Shown here in pieces: positions 6,974 through 14,890 of a DNA stretch of 37,577 bases. The notes beneath the pieces are model-generated. The model searched no databases, had not been told where the DNA came from, and saw only the letters and a program-made list of their open reading frames with translations. Positions within the stretch are counted from its first letter, which is position 1. Every line of letters starts with the position of its first letter. Source of the stretch: Candidatus Iainarchaeum sp. (GTDB taxonomy: Archaea > Iainarchaeota > Iainarchaeia > Iainarchaeales > UBA10191); the NCBI GenBank assembly GCA_030649735.1, contig JAUSFL010000042.1:1-37577 (forward strand). Direction: 5' to 3'. Made by a program: the position numbers and the translations under genes.

Positions 6974-9433
6974 ATGGGCTTTATTCAAACAATCGCATGG
7001 TTTAGGGAACTTGGAAGAGACAGCATTCCAATTGCCGGCGGAAAAGGCGCAAACCTTGGCGAAATGTTCAGGGCAGGATTTCCAGTGCCCGCAGGATTTG
7101 TTGTAACAGCACAGGCTTATTTTGAATTCATAAACAGCACGGGAATAAAGGCCGAAATTGTGAAAAAGATTGACGCAATTGACGTTGAAAAAACCCGCGA
7201 TTTGGAAGACACAAGCAGTGCAATCAGGGAATTAATCATTAATACTCCAATGAGCCAAAAGCTCAAGGATGACATTCGGAAAAGCTATTTATCAATGGAT
7301 GAGAAAAAAATCCTCAATCTTTCAACGCCGCTGGAATGCTTTGTTGCAGTAAGGAGCTCTGCAACCGCAGAAGACCTTCCGGAAGCAAGCTTTGCAGGAC
7401 AGCAGGAAACTTTCGTGAACATCAAAGGCGCTAACGAAGTAGTTGAGGCAGTAAAAAAATGCTGGGCTTCACTATTCACTGCACGCGCAGTCTACTACAG
7501 GAAAAAGCAGGGGTTTGGGACAGAAAAAGTGGGAATTGCGGTTGTAGTGCAAAAAATGGTGAACAGTGAAAAGTCCGGAATAATTTTCACTGCAGAGCCG
7601 CAGACAGGAGACTTGAGCAAAATAATGATTGAGGCAATTTATGGCCAGGGAGAAGCCATTGTTTCAGGCAGCATTACTCCAGATACTTATGTTGTAAGCA
7701 AGGAAGGATTCAAAATCCTGGACAAGAAAATAGTGAAGCAGGAATGGCTTTTGGAAAGGGGAATGCAGGGAAACAACAAGGAAAACGTTCCAATGAAAAT
7801 CCAAAGCGAGCAAAAGCTCACTGACCCGCAAATTATTGAACTGGCAAAGTACGGGCTGAAAAGCGAAACCCATTATGGAAAGCCGCAAGACATGGAATTT
7901 GCAGTGGAAAAAGGCAGGATTTTCATTGTGCAAACAAGGCCGATCACCACAATCAATGCAGTAAGGAAAGTGCAAGAGGAAGAGAAAATTGAAACCAGGG
8001 AAAAGCCAATATTGAAAGGCCTGCCTGCAAGCCCGGGAATTGCCTTCGGCAATGTCAGGGTAGTTCTGGACATCAAGGACATTGGAAAAGTGAAAGAAGG
8101 CGACATTTTATGCACTGTAATGACAAACCCTGACTGGGTTCCGGCAATGCGAAAGGCAAAGGCAATAATAACCAATGAAGGCGGAATTACAGCTCACGCC
8201 GCAATTGTTTCAAGAGAATTGGGAATTCCCTGCGTTGTCGGGACTGGAACAGCGACAGAAATATTAAAGGACGGGCAGGCAATTACAGTCGACGGGTTTA
8301 AGGGAAATGTTTACGCTGGCAAAATCGCGCTGAAAAGCGACGAGAAAAGCAAGGAAAAAGTCCGTGAAGAAATGAAAGCCGAACAGGCAAAGCTTGAAAT
8401 GTTTTTGGAAGAGGCAATTGAAGAGGGAGAGGCAAAAGAGTTCACAATAAACGCGGCGCCTGAAAAAATCATAGAGCAAGAGGCGGGAAAAGAATTGAAA
8501 AGACTGAATGACGTCTTGGACAAGGTCCGCGTGAAAGTGAAAGTGAATGTCGCGCTTCCTGACGCTGCGCAAAAAGCCGCAGACACTGGAGCTGACGGAG
8601 TCGGGCTTTTGCGCGCAGAGCACATGATCACTTCTTCAGGAATGCATCCTGCAGAATTCATAAGGCAGGGAAAATACAATGAGTTGGTAAGCACTGTGAA
8701 AAAAGGAATCAGGGCAGTTGCTGAAAAATTCCCGGGAAAGCAAGTGTGGTACAGGACTTTTGACGCAAGGACTGACGAATTCAAGGCAATGATTGGCGGG
8801 GACAAGGAGCCAAAGGAAGAAAACCCAATGCTGGGCTGGCACGGAATAAGAAGGGATATTGACGATTCTCAAATGTTAAAGGCGCAATTCATGGCAATAA
8901 AAGAACTGCGAAAAGAAGGCATTGTGAATGTCGGAATAATGCTGCCTTTCCTGACTCACATTGAGCAATTGCGCGCTGCAAAAAAGCTTGCGACAGAATT
9001 GGGACTGAAGCCATTGAAGGAAGTCGAGTTTGGCGTAATGGTTGAAACTCCGGCTTCAGTGTGGATTATTGACGACTTGATCAATGACGGAATCTCTTTC
9101 ATTAGCTTTGGAACAAACGACCTGACTCAATTGACTTTGGGAATTGACAGGAACAATGAAAAAATACAGAAAATCTTCACAGAATTGCATCCTGCAGTTT
9201 TGAAGCAATGCGCTTATGTAATTGAAAGATGCAGGAAAAACAACGTGCAATGCAGCATTTGCGGACAGGCTGGAAGCAATCCGGAAATGGTGAAAAAGCT
9301 CGTGAGAATGGGAATAAGCTCGGTTTCAGCAAACATTGACTCTGTGGAAAAAATAAAGACAGTGGTTGCTGAAGAAGAGCAAGAATTGATTAAAAAAACA
9401 CTTGACAGCATTCGCGGCATTACAAAAGTTTAA
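6974..9433 (+). CDS. ppsA: Phosphoenolpyruvate synthase (pyruvate, water dikinase)
   Basis: GGKGANLGEM, VAVRSSATAEDLPEASFAGQQET, phospho-His motif GGITAHAAIVSRELG, GTNDLTQ and ICGQA. Confidence 0.97.
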   Translation: MGFIQTIAWFRELGRDSIPIAGGKGANLGEMFRAGFPVPAGFVVTAQAYFEFINSTGIKAEIVKKIDAIDVEKTRDLEDTSSAIRELIINTPMSQKLKDDIRKSYLSMDEKKILNLSTPLECFVAVRSSATAEDLPEASFAGQQETFVNIKGANEVVEAVKKCWASLFTARAVYYRKKQGFGTEKVGIAVVVQKMVNSEKSGIIFTAEPQTGDLSKIMIEAIYGQGEAIVSGSITPDTYVVSKEGFKILDKKIVKQEWLLERGMQGNNKENVPMKIQSEQKLTDPQIIELAKYGLKSETHYGKPQDMEFAVEKGRIFIVQTRPITTINAVRKVQEEEKIETREKPILKGLPASPGIAFGNVRVVLDIKDIGKVKEGDILCTVMTNPDWVPAMRKAKAIITNEGGITAHAAIVSRELGIPCVVGTGTATEILKDGQAITVDGFKGNVYAGKIALKSDEKSKEKVREEMKAEQAKLEMFLEEAIEEGEAKEFTINAAPEKIIEQEAGKELKRLNDVLDKVRVKVKVNVALPDAAQKAADTGADGVGLLRAEHMITSSGMHPAEFIRQGKYNELVSTVKKGIRAVAEKFPGKQVWYRTFDARTDEFKAMIGGDKEPKEENPMLGWHGIRRDIDDSQMLKAQFMAIKELRKEGIVNVGIMLPFLTHIEQLRAAKKLATELGLKPLKEVEFGVMVETPASVWIIDDLINDGISFISFGTNDLTQLTLGIDRNNEKIQKIFTELHPAVLKQCAYVIERCRKNNVQCSICGQAGSNPEMVKKLVRMGISSVSANIDSVEKIKTVVAEEEQELIKKTLDSIRGITKV

Positions 9434-9459
9434 AACCCTGATTTTGCTTAATTGTTTCA

Positions 9460-10770
9460 ATGAGCGAAAAAACAGAAATTCCAAAACTAATTGTCGGCAA
9501 AAGCATTGAGCGCGAAATCCAGAAAGGAACGCGCCTAATTTACGGAACAGTTGTCAAAAAGACAAAAGGCGAGCCAAAAAAAGGCGAATTAGTCTGGATT
9601 ACTGACGAAAATGGAAAATTCCTTGCACAAGCTTTCGCAAACCCGAAAAGCGCAGCAGTCGCGCAAATCCTGAGCCTGAACGAGAAGGAGAAAATCAATG
9701 AAGAGTTTTTCCGCAAGAAAATTTTCAAGGCAAATTCTTTTCGTCAAGATACATTAAAGTTAGGCACTACAATTTCTGAAAAGCCAGAATTCAACAAATT
9801 CGCGGCAAACTCACCAGCCTTAATTGAAAGACTGAACTCACAGCACGAAAAAAAACTGCAAGAGCATGCCGCAACATCAAATGCTTACCGCCTGTTTTAT
9901 GGGGAAACTGACGAAATTCCCGGCCTCTTGATTGACAGGTTCAACACTATTTGCTCACTGCAAATTTCCTGCCCTGGCGTTGAAAGCTGGAAGCAAAAAA
10001 TCGCGGAAATTCTTTTGGAAATTGACGGAGTAGAAACAGTCGTTGAAAGAAATGACTCGCGCAATCGCGTAAAGCTTGGCTTGCCAATTTTGAAAGGAGT
10101 GCTTGCAGGAAACAAGAAAACCCAGACTGTAATTGAGGAAGGAAAAGTGAAGTTTGAAGTTGACGCCTTGCGCGGGCACAAGACTGGATTTTATTTGGAC
10201 CAGCGCGAGAACAGAATTGCAATAGAGCAGTACTGCAATTCTGAAACTGAAATGCTTGATGTTTTTTCATACACTGGCGGCTTTGGACTGCACGCGGCAG
10301 TTGCCGGAGCAAAAGTCACAATGGTTGACCTTCCTGAAGCATTGGGCCAGGCAAAGCGCAATGCAAAATTGAACAAGGTCGAAGACAAAATCAATTTTAT
10401 GGAAGGCGATGCTTTCGACATGACACAAAAAATCAATTCTCAAGGAAAAAAATTCGATGTAATAAGCTGCGATCCGCCGGCATTCATTCAAAAACTTGAA
10501 GATTTGGAAAGAGGAAAAAAAGCGTACCATCAAATCAACTACAACTGCATCAAGCTGTTTAAAGAAAGCGGCATTCTAGTTTCAAGCTCTTGCAGTCATT
10601 TCCTGGAATTGCAGGACTTCATTGACATCTTGATTGCCGCATCTGCAAATGCTGGAAAAAGGGCAAGCTTAATGGAGCAAAGGTTTCAGGCACGCGATCA
10701 CTTGACGCCAATTGGAAGCAAGAAAGGAAACTACTTGAAATGCATTTTTTTAAGGATTGAGGACAAGTGA
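9460..10770 (+). CDS. rlmI: RlmI-family SAM-dependent rRNA (m5C) methyltransferase with PUA-like N-terminus
   Basis: AYRLFYGETDEIPGLLID, GHKTGFYLDQRENR, LDVFSYTGGF, DPPAF, SSCS and YLKC motifs. Confidence 0.88.
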   Translation: MSEKTEIPKLIVGKSIEREIQKGTRLIYGTVVKKTKGEPKKGELVWITDENGKFLAQAFANPKSAAVAQILSLNEKEKINEEFFRKKIFKANSFRQDTLKLGTTISEKPEFNKFAANSPALIERLNSQHEKKLQEHAATSNAYRLFYGETDEIPGLLIDRFNTICSLQISCPGVESWKQKIAEILLEIDGVETVVERNDSRNRVKLGLPILKGVLAGNKKTQTVIEEGKVKFEVDALRGHKTGFYLDQRENRIAIEQYCNSETEMLDVFSYTGGFGLHAAVAGAKVTMVDLPEALGQAKRNAKLNKVEDKINFMEGDAFDMTQKINSQGKKFDVISCDPPAFIQKLEDLERGKKAYHQINYNCIKLFKESGILVSSSCSHFLELQDFIDILIAASANAGKRASLMEQRFQARDHLTPIGSKKGNYLKCIFLRIEDK

Positions 10771-11141
10771 AAACTATGGGAATTGCAGTACAATTTGATC
10801 CAGAGCTTGCATTAAGGAACATTGCGGAATTCAGGCAAGGCAAAAGAAAGCTTGAAGAATGCATTCCAGAAAAGCCCGAGGCCGGAAAAACTTACAATTT
10901 CTTGAAGACAGAGCAAAGGAACTATTACCTTTTGGGAGAAATTGCATTGATTGAAACCAAAGGAAACAAGCAATGGTCTAGGCCGGTTGCAAGCATCATT
11001 ATTCTGGAATCAACGCACTTTCTGGACAATGGAAAGCTTTGCACTAAAGGAAAATACAAAGTGATTGAAGTCTTCAAGGACAATAAAGTCCATTTTGAAT
11101 GCACTGACAAAATAGGCACAAGGTATGATGCAAATGTTTAA
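10767..11141 (+). CDS. Conserved-looking hypothetical protein (alternative start ATG 10776)
   Basis: GTGA overlap with the upstream stop and overlap with the dph2 start. Operonic position. No confident domain call. Confidence 0.7.
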   Translation: MKTMGIAVQFDPELALRNIAEFRQGKRKLEECIPEKPEAGKTYNFLKTEQRNYYLLGEIALIETKGNKQWSRPVASIIILESTHFLDNGKLCTKGKYKVIEVFKDNKVHFECTDKIGTRYDANV

Positions 11142-12090
11142 TCTAAATCTTCCAGAACTTGCCAAAAAAATCAAGGCATTAAAGGGAAAGCCAGAGCTGG
11201 TTTTGGCGCAAGTGCCTGAAGGATTGAAGCCGCAGGGGAAAGAAATTGTTGAGTTTTTGGAACACGAGTTAGGCACTACAGTGGTTCTAAATGCAGAGCC
11301 TTGCTTTGGAGCCTGCGACTTGGCCACTAAAGAAGCGGAAATGCTCAAGGCAGACCTTTTACTGCACTTCGGGCACTCTGATTTTGGAGTCAAAACCAAA
11401 ATGCGCGTAATTTACTGGCCCGTGGAAATGGAATTTGACGAGAAAAAAGTTTGCGAAAAGATTGTGGAAGAATGCACTAAACGAAACTGGTTCAAAATAG
11501 AGTTAGGCACTACAATCCAGCACATAACGCAAGCAAAAAAACTCGAAAAACTCCTTTTGGCAAAACACATTACTGCAAAAGCAACTCAAGTCTTAGGCTG
11601 CAGTTCTACAATCGCAAAAAACCCGAAAAAGCTTGACGGAGCATTCTTTCTGGGAACTGGGGTTTTTCACGCTTTAGGAATGCAATTCAACACCAGCGCA
11701 AAAGTGCTTGCGCTAAATTCAGAAAGCCTTGCAGTGAAAGAGCTGGATTCTGAAAAAGACGCTTACTACCGAAGGAGAATTTCGCAAATCTCGCTTTCTT
11801 CACAAGCCAAAATTTTTGGAATTTTGATTTCAACAAAGCCGGGCCAATTAAACATTAAAACCGCGCTTTCCGCAAAAAAGCTTTTGGAAGAAAAAAAGAA
11901 AACCGCAATTCTCTTAGCAGCCAACTTGCTGAAGCCAGAGTACTTGACTGGAATGCACTTTGACGCTTTCGTGAACACTGCATGCCCGCGCATTGCGGTC
12001 GATGACTCGATGCTTTACGGCAAGCCGGTCTTAAGCTTTAAAGAATTGGAGATAGCAATGGGAAAAAGAAAGCTTGAAGAATTCAAGTGA
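11125..12090 (+). CDS. dph2: Diphthamide biosynthesis protein Dph2 (ACP transferase)
   Basis: QVPEGLK, three Fe-S Cys in PCFGACD, QVLGC and TACPRI, plus HFGH and STKPGQ. Confidence 0.93.
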   Translation: MMQMFNLNLPELAKKIKALKGKPELVLAQVPEGLKPQGKEIVEFLEHELGTTVVLNAEPCFGACDLATKEAEMLKADLLLHFGHSDFGVKTKMRVIYWPVEMEFDEKKVCEKIVEECTKRNWFKIELGTTIQHITQAKKLEKLLLAKHITAKATQVLGCSSTIAKNPKKLDGAFFLGTGVFHALGMQFNTSAKVLALNSESLAVKELDSEKDAYYRRRISQISLSSQAKIFGILISTKPGQLNIKTALSAKKLLEEKKKTAILLAANLLKPEYLTGMHFDAFVNTACPRIAVDDSMLYGKPVLSFKELEIAMGKRKLEEFK

Positions 12091-12115
12091 TTTTAAGCCC
12101 CAAGCGCCCTTTTAT

Positions 12116-12123
12116 TTTAAATA
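12116..12123 (+). promoter_or_regulatory. TATA box for the leader-peptide/aspS transcript
   Basis: TTTAAATA 22 nt upstream of the leader ATG (12146), the spacing expected for a leaderless archaeal mRNA. Confidence 0.55.
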
Positions 12124-12145
12124 CTCCTTCAGCAGCAATATTATC

Positions 12146-12244
12146 ATGCAAGGCAGTTGTTCGTTAAGGGACTTTTCTGTTTTTGGTTTTAGGCCTTGCA
12201 ACGCAAACAATAATGGCAATAATAACAATAATGGGAATTGCTAG
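12146..12244 (+). CDS. Asn-rich leader peptide (32 aa) upstream of aspS
   Basis: MQGSCSLRDFSVFGFRPCNANNNGNNNNNGNC*. 10 of the last 14 codons are AAC/AAT, both used. Confidence 0.75.
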   Translation: MQGSCSLRDFSVFGFRPCNANNNGNNNNNGNC

Positions 12245-12300
12245 AATTCCCGCCATTAAAAAAACTAGTGAACTAATATTTTTTGGAGGGAATTCAAATG
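12211..12300 (+). promoter_or_regulatory. Putative translational attenuator (alternative hairpins, anti-SD)
   Basis: 12245-12251 AATTCCC can pair with 12233-12239 GGGAATT (leader end) or with 12288-12294 GGGAATT, which overlaps the aspS SD GGAGG at 12285-12289. Confidence 0.65.
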
Positions 12301-13602
12301 GAAAGGACAGACATCAGTAAAGCCGCAAAGAAAATAGGCCAAAAGGCATTGCTTAAAGGCTGGGTGCAAAAAGCAAGAAACCAAAGCAAGGTAAAATTTA
12401 TTATTTTGCGGGACAGCACTGGCACTATCCAAACAGTAGCAACTCCAGAACTCACGAAAAACTTTGAAGAATTCGGAAAAATTCCGGAAGAAAGCGCAAT
12501 CAGCATTCAAGGAATCATTAAAGCAGAAAAGCAAGCACCTAACGGAATAGAATTGCAGGCTGAAAGCTTTCAAATAATTTCAAAAGCCGCAGAATTGCCG
12601 ATTCCAGTAATTGAAAAGACTGGCTCTGAAACCCAATTGCCGAAACGATTGGACTGGCGAAGCATTGACTTGAGAAAGCCGGAAAACCAGGCAATTTTTA
12701 AAATACAGTCCGCATTGATTGAAGGCATGCAAGAGTGCTTGATTAAGGAAAATTTTCAGCAAGTTTTCACGCCTTGCCTTATGGGAGTTCCTTCAGAATC
12801 AGGCGCTGAACTGTTTGAAGTGAAATACTTTGAGAAAAAAGCCTTTTTGCGGCAAGACCCTCAATTGCACAGGCAATTGACAATTGCAGGCGGGATTGAA
12901 AGGCTTTACGACATTGGGCCAAGCTGGCGTGCAGAGCAATCGCACACTACAAAGCACTTGTGCGAGCACAGGACTTGCGCTGTAGAATTCGCATTCATTG
13001 AAAGCGAGCAGGACACAATGCGGGTTGAAGAGCAAGTGATAATTTCATCCTTAAAAAAAGTAAATGAAAAATGCAGTGAAGAATTAAAGCTCTTAAAGAT
13101 AGAGTTGAAAATTCCGAAAGCGCCGTTTCCAGAATTAAGGTTTCCTGAAATTTACGGCATTCTGGAAAGCAAGGGAAAAAGCATTCGCGGACAAGACTTG
13201 GATTCAGAGGCTGAAAAACTGCTTTGGGAATTCGTTCAGGAAAACTATGACAATGAATTTTATTTTTTCAACAGGTTTCCTTCAAAAATCAAGCCATTTT
13301 ATGTAATGCATGTTGACGAAGAGCCAGAGTTTGCAAGAAGCGTGGACTTGAACTGGAAAGGCCTTGAATTAAGCAGCGGCGGCCAAAGAGAACACCGTTA
13401 TGAAATCTTGATGAAGCAAGTTCAGGAATCAGGCCAAAACCCAAAAAGCCTTGAATGGTTCACTAAATTCTTCCAGTACGGAGTTCCAACACACGGCGGA
13501 TTCGCAATAGGAATTGAAAGACTGACAAAATCCTTGCTTAACTTGCCAAACATCAGGGAAGCAGTGCTGTTTCCCAGAGACACTGAAAGAATCACTCCGT
13601 AA
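12298..13602 (+). CDS. aspS: Archaeal-type aspartyl-tRNA synthetase, probably non-discriminating tRNA(Asp/Asn), with atypical active-site motifs
   Basis: N-terminal OB fold (GWV, FIILRD), RLDWRSIDLR, motif 2 WRAE, SSGGQREH, motif 3 HGGFAIGIERL, LFPRD. Start set to ATG 12298, 8 nt after GGAGG. Confidence 0.88.
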   Translation: MERTDISKAAKKIGQKALLKGWVQKARNQSKVKFIILRDSTGTIQTVATPELTKNFEEFGKIPEESAISIQGIIKAEKQAPNGIELQAESFQIISKAAELPIPVIEKTGSETQLPKRLDWRSIDLRKPENQAIFKIQSALIEGMQECLIKENFQQVFTPCLMGVPSESGAELFEVKYFEKKAFLRQDPQLHRQLTIAGGIERLYDIGPSWRAEQSHTTKHLCEHRTCAVEFAFIESEQDTMRVEEQVIISSLKKVNEKCSEELKLLKIELKIPKAPFPELRFPEIYGILESKGKSIRGQDLDSEAEKLLWEFVQENYDNEFYFFNRFPSKIKPFYVMHVDEEPEFARSVDLNWKGLELSSGGQREHRYEILMKQVQESGQNPKSLEWFTKFFQYGVPTHGGFAIGIERLTKSLLNLPNIREAVLFPRDTERITP

Positions 13603-13616
13603 AAGAAAGTTACAGC

Positions 13617-13970
13617 CTAATCATCAGCCAGAGGCTGGCTTTCAAGGCCTTTGTAGAATTCAAACTTTTTTCCTTTCCTTTCAGCCTTGCTTTTAACATC
13701 CAATTCAACAAAAGTCGCATTATACAACGGGCCTTCCATTTGATGCGGCCCCCAGGCCAAATAGTATTTTATCTTCACAATACTTTTGCCTTCTTTTTCA
13801 GGAATTATTTCTGCCCTGCCTTTGTTCTTATCCAAATTTACTCTGGCATTTTCCGCAGACATTACTTCAACAGGCGAGTCTTTTCCAAGCTTGCCTAGCT
13901 CAATTGTGACTTTTTCACCGGCAAAGCAAACCCCGTTTTTTCTTACAATGATTGGAAGTCCTGCGCCCAC
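13617..13970 (-). CDS. Hypothetical protein (117 aa), beta-rich
   Basis: GTG start 8 nt after the upstream stop. Fills the gap between convergent genes. Confidence 0.65.
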   Translation of the reverse strand: MGAGLPIIVRKNGVCFAGEKVTIELGKLGKDSPVEVMSAENARVNLDKNKGRAEIIPEKEGKSIVKIKYYLAWGPHQMEGPLYNATFVELDVKSKAERKGKKFEFYKGLESQPLADD

Positions 13971-13978
13971 AAAATCGC

Positions 13979-14758
13979 CTATTCTATCCTGGTTCCTTCA
14001 AACTCTCCGCCATTAAGCGCTGACTCAAGGTTTGTCAAGTCATTTGCTTTCAAGACCATTGCCTTAATGCTGCTGCGCTTCAGCACTTGCGCTGAAAAAG
14101 TGTCAAACACTGCTTCTCCTTCAGACTCTAGGCTCATTCCAAGGCTTAACTGCAATAATTCGTCAAAAGAAACGCTCTTCAAAAGCCTTGATTTTTTTCC
14201 ACTGCTTGAAAGAATTCCTTTAACGTCTGTGAGATTGATTAAAGTGCCTCCTAGATATTCTGCGGCTAAGGCTGCGGTTCCTTCAGCGCTGATTCCAGAG
14301 ACGTGGGGAACCATTATTGGAATCCTGCCAGAATCAAGAACGCTGACTGCTTCGGAAAACTCGCTTATTATTTTAGGATGCGCAGCATCCAATGCCTGTG
14401 AAAGCAGCAATGCATTTGCTTTAGAGAATTGCAGGCCTAATTCATCCAAAGCTGTTTTGGAAGCATTGAATTGCTTTGCAGTTTCAATAAAATCGCGGGC
14501 AATGCTTCCTTTTCCGACAACTAGAACAAATCGCAATCCTTGAGAGTGCAATTGGCTGATTTTTGCTGAAAAATCCCTGACAAACTTTTCATCCAGGCCT
14601 TCATTCACTATGGCTTTTCCAGAAACTGAAACAACAAACAATTGCCCATTAGAGCTTGAACTGCTTTGGTAATTTGCGCCAGAGCTCTTGTTCTCAATCT
14701 CATGCTCTCTGATGACTGTGTCCATCGAGCTTGGCTCGTCAAACATGCTGCCGAACAT
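13979..14758 (-). CDS. pyrH: UMP kinase-like protein (amino-acid kinase fold) with degenerate catalytic motifs
   Basis: Collinear with archaeal PyrH (VVGxGxIARxFI, LDELG, AALAAE, INLTDV, VFD, GTRI). SD GGAGTG upstream. Confidence 0.75.
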   Translation of the reverse strand: MFGSMFDEPSSMDTVIREHEIENKSSGANYQSSSSSNGQLFVVSVSGKAIVNEGLDEKFVRDFSAKISQLHSQGLRFVLVVGKGSIARDFIETAKQFNASKTALDELGLQFSKANALLLSQALDAAHPKIISEFSEAVSVLDSGRIPIMVPHVSGISAEGTAALAAEYLGGTLINLTDVKGILSSSGKKSRLLKSVSFDELLQLSLGMSLESEGEAVFDTFSAQVLKRSSIKAMVLKANDLTNLESALNGGEFEGTRIE

Positions 14759-14818
14759 TCAAAACACTCCATTTACCCTTTGTTTTAAAAAGCACTTTGG
14801 AGTATTTATTCATTACTT

Positions 14819-14880
14819 ATGACTGATTTCTCTCTAGTTGAGAATTAGCTTTTCACTCCCAGTTCGGGAGCTTTTTTTAG
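14819..14880 (+). promoter_or_regulatory. Candidate uORF (MTDFSLVEN-UAG) plus hairpin in frame with aRF1
   Basis: ATG 14819, TAG 14846-14848, then 14 sense codons to ATG 14891. CTCCC/GGGAG hairpin at 14856-14870. Confidence 0.35.
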
Positions 14881-14890
14881 GGATGATTTT

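Noticed and set aside
9758-11516. Repeated 14-16-mer considered as a CRISPR repeat
   Set aside because: Copies are too short, irregularly spaced (about 1.5 kb and 0.23 kb) and lie inside genes. No cas genes are present.
12200-12240. AAT/AAC run viewed as a simple microsatellite
   Set aside because: The run mixes synonymous AAC/AAT in one frame, is interrupted by whole codons, and ends in a structured stop region next to aspS. This fits a coding leader better than slippage.
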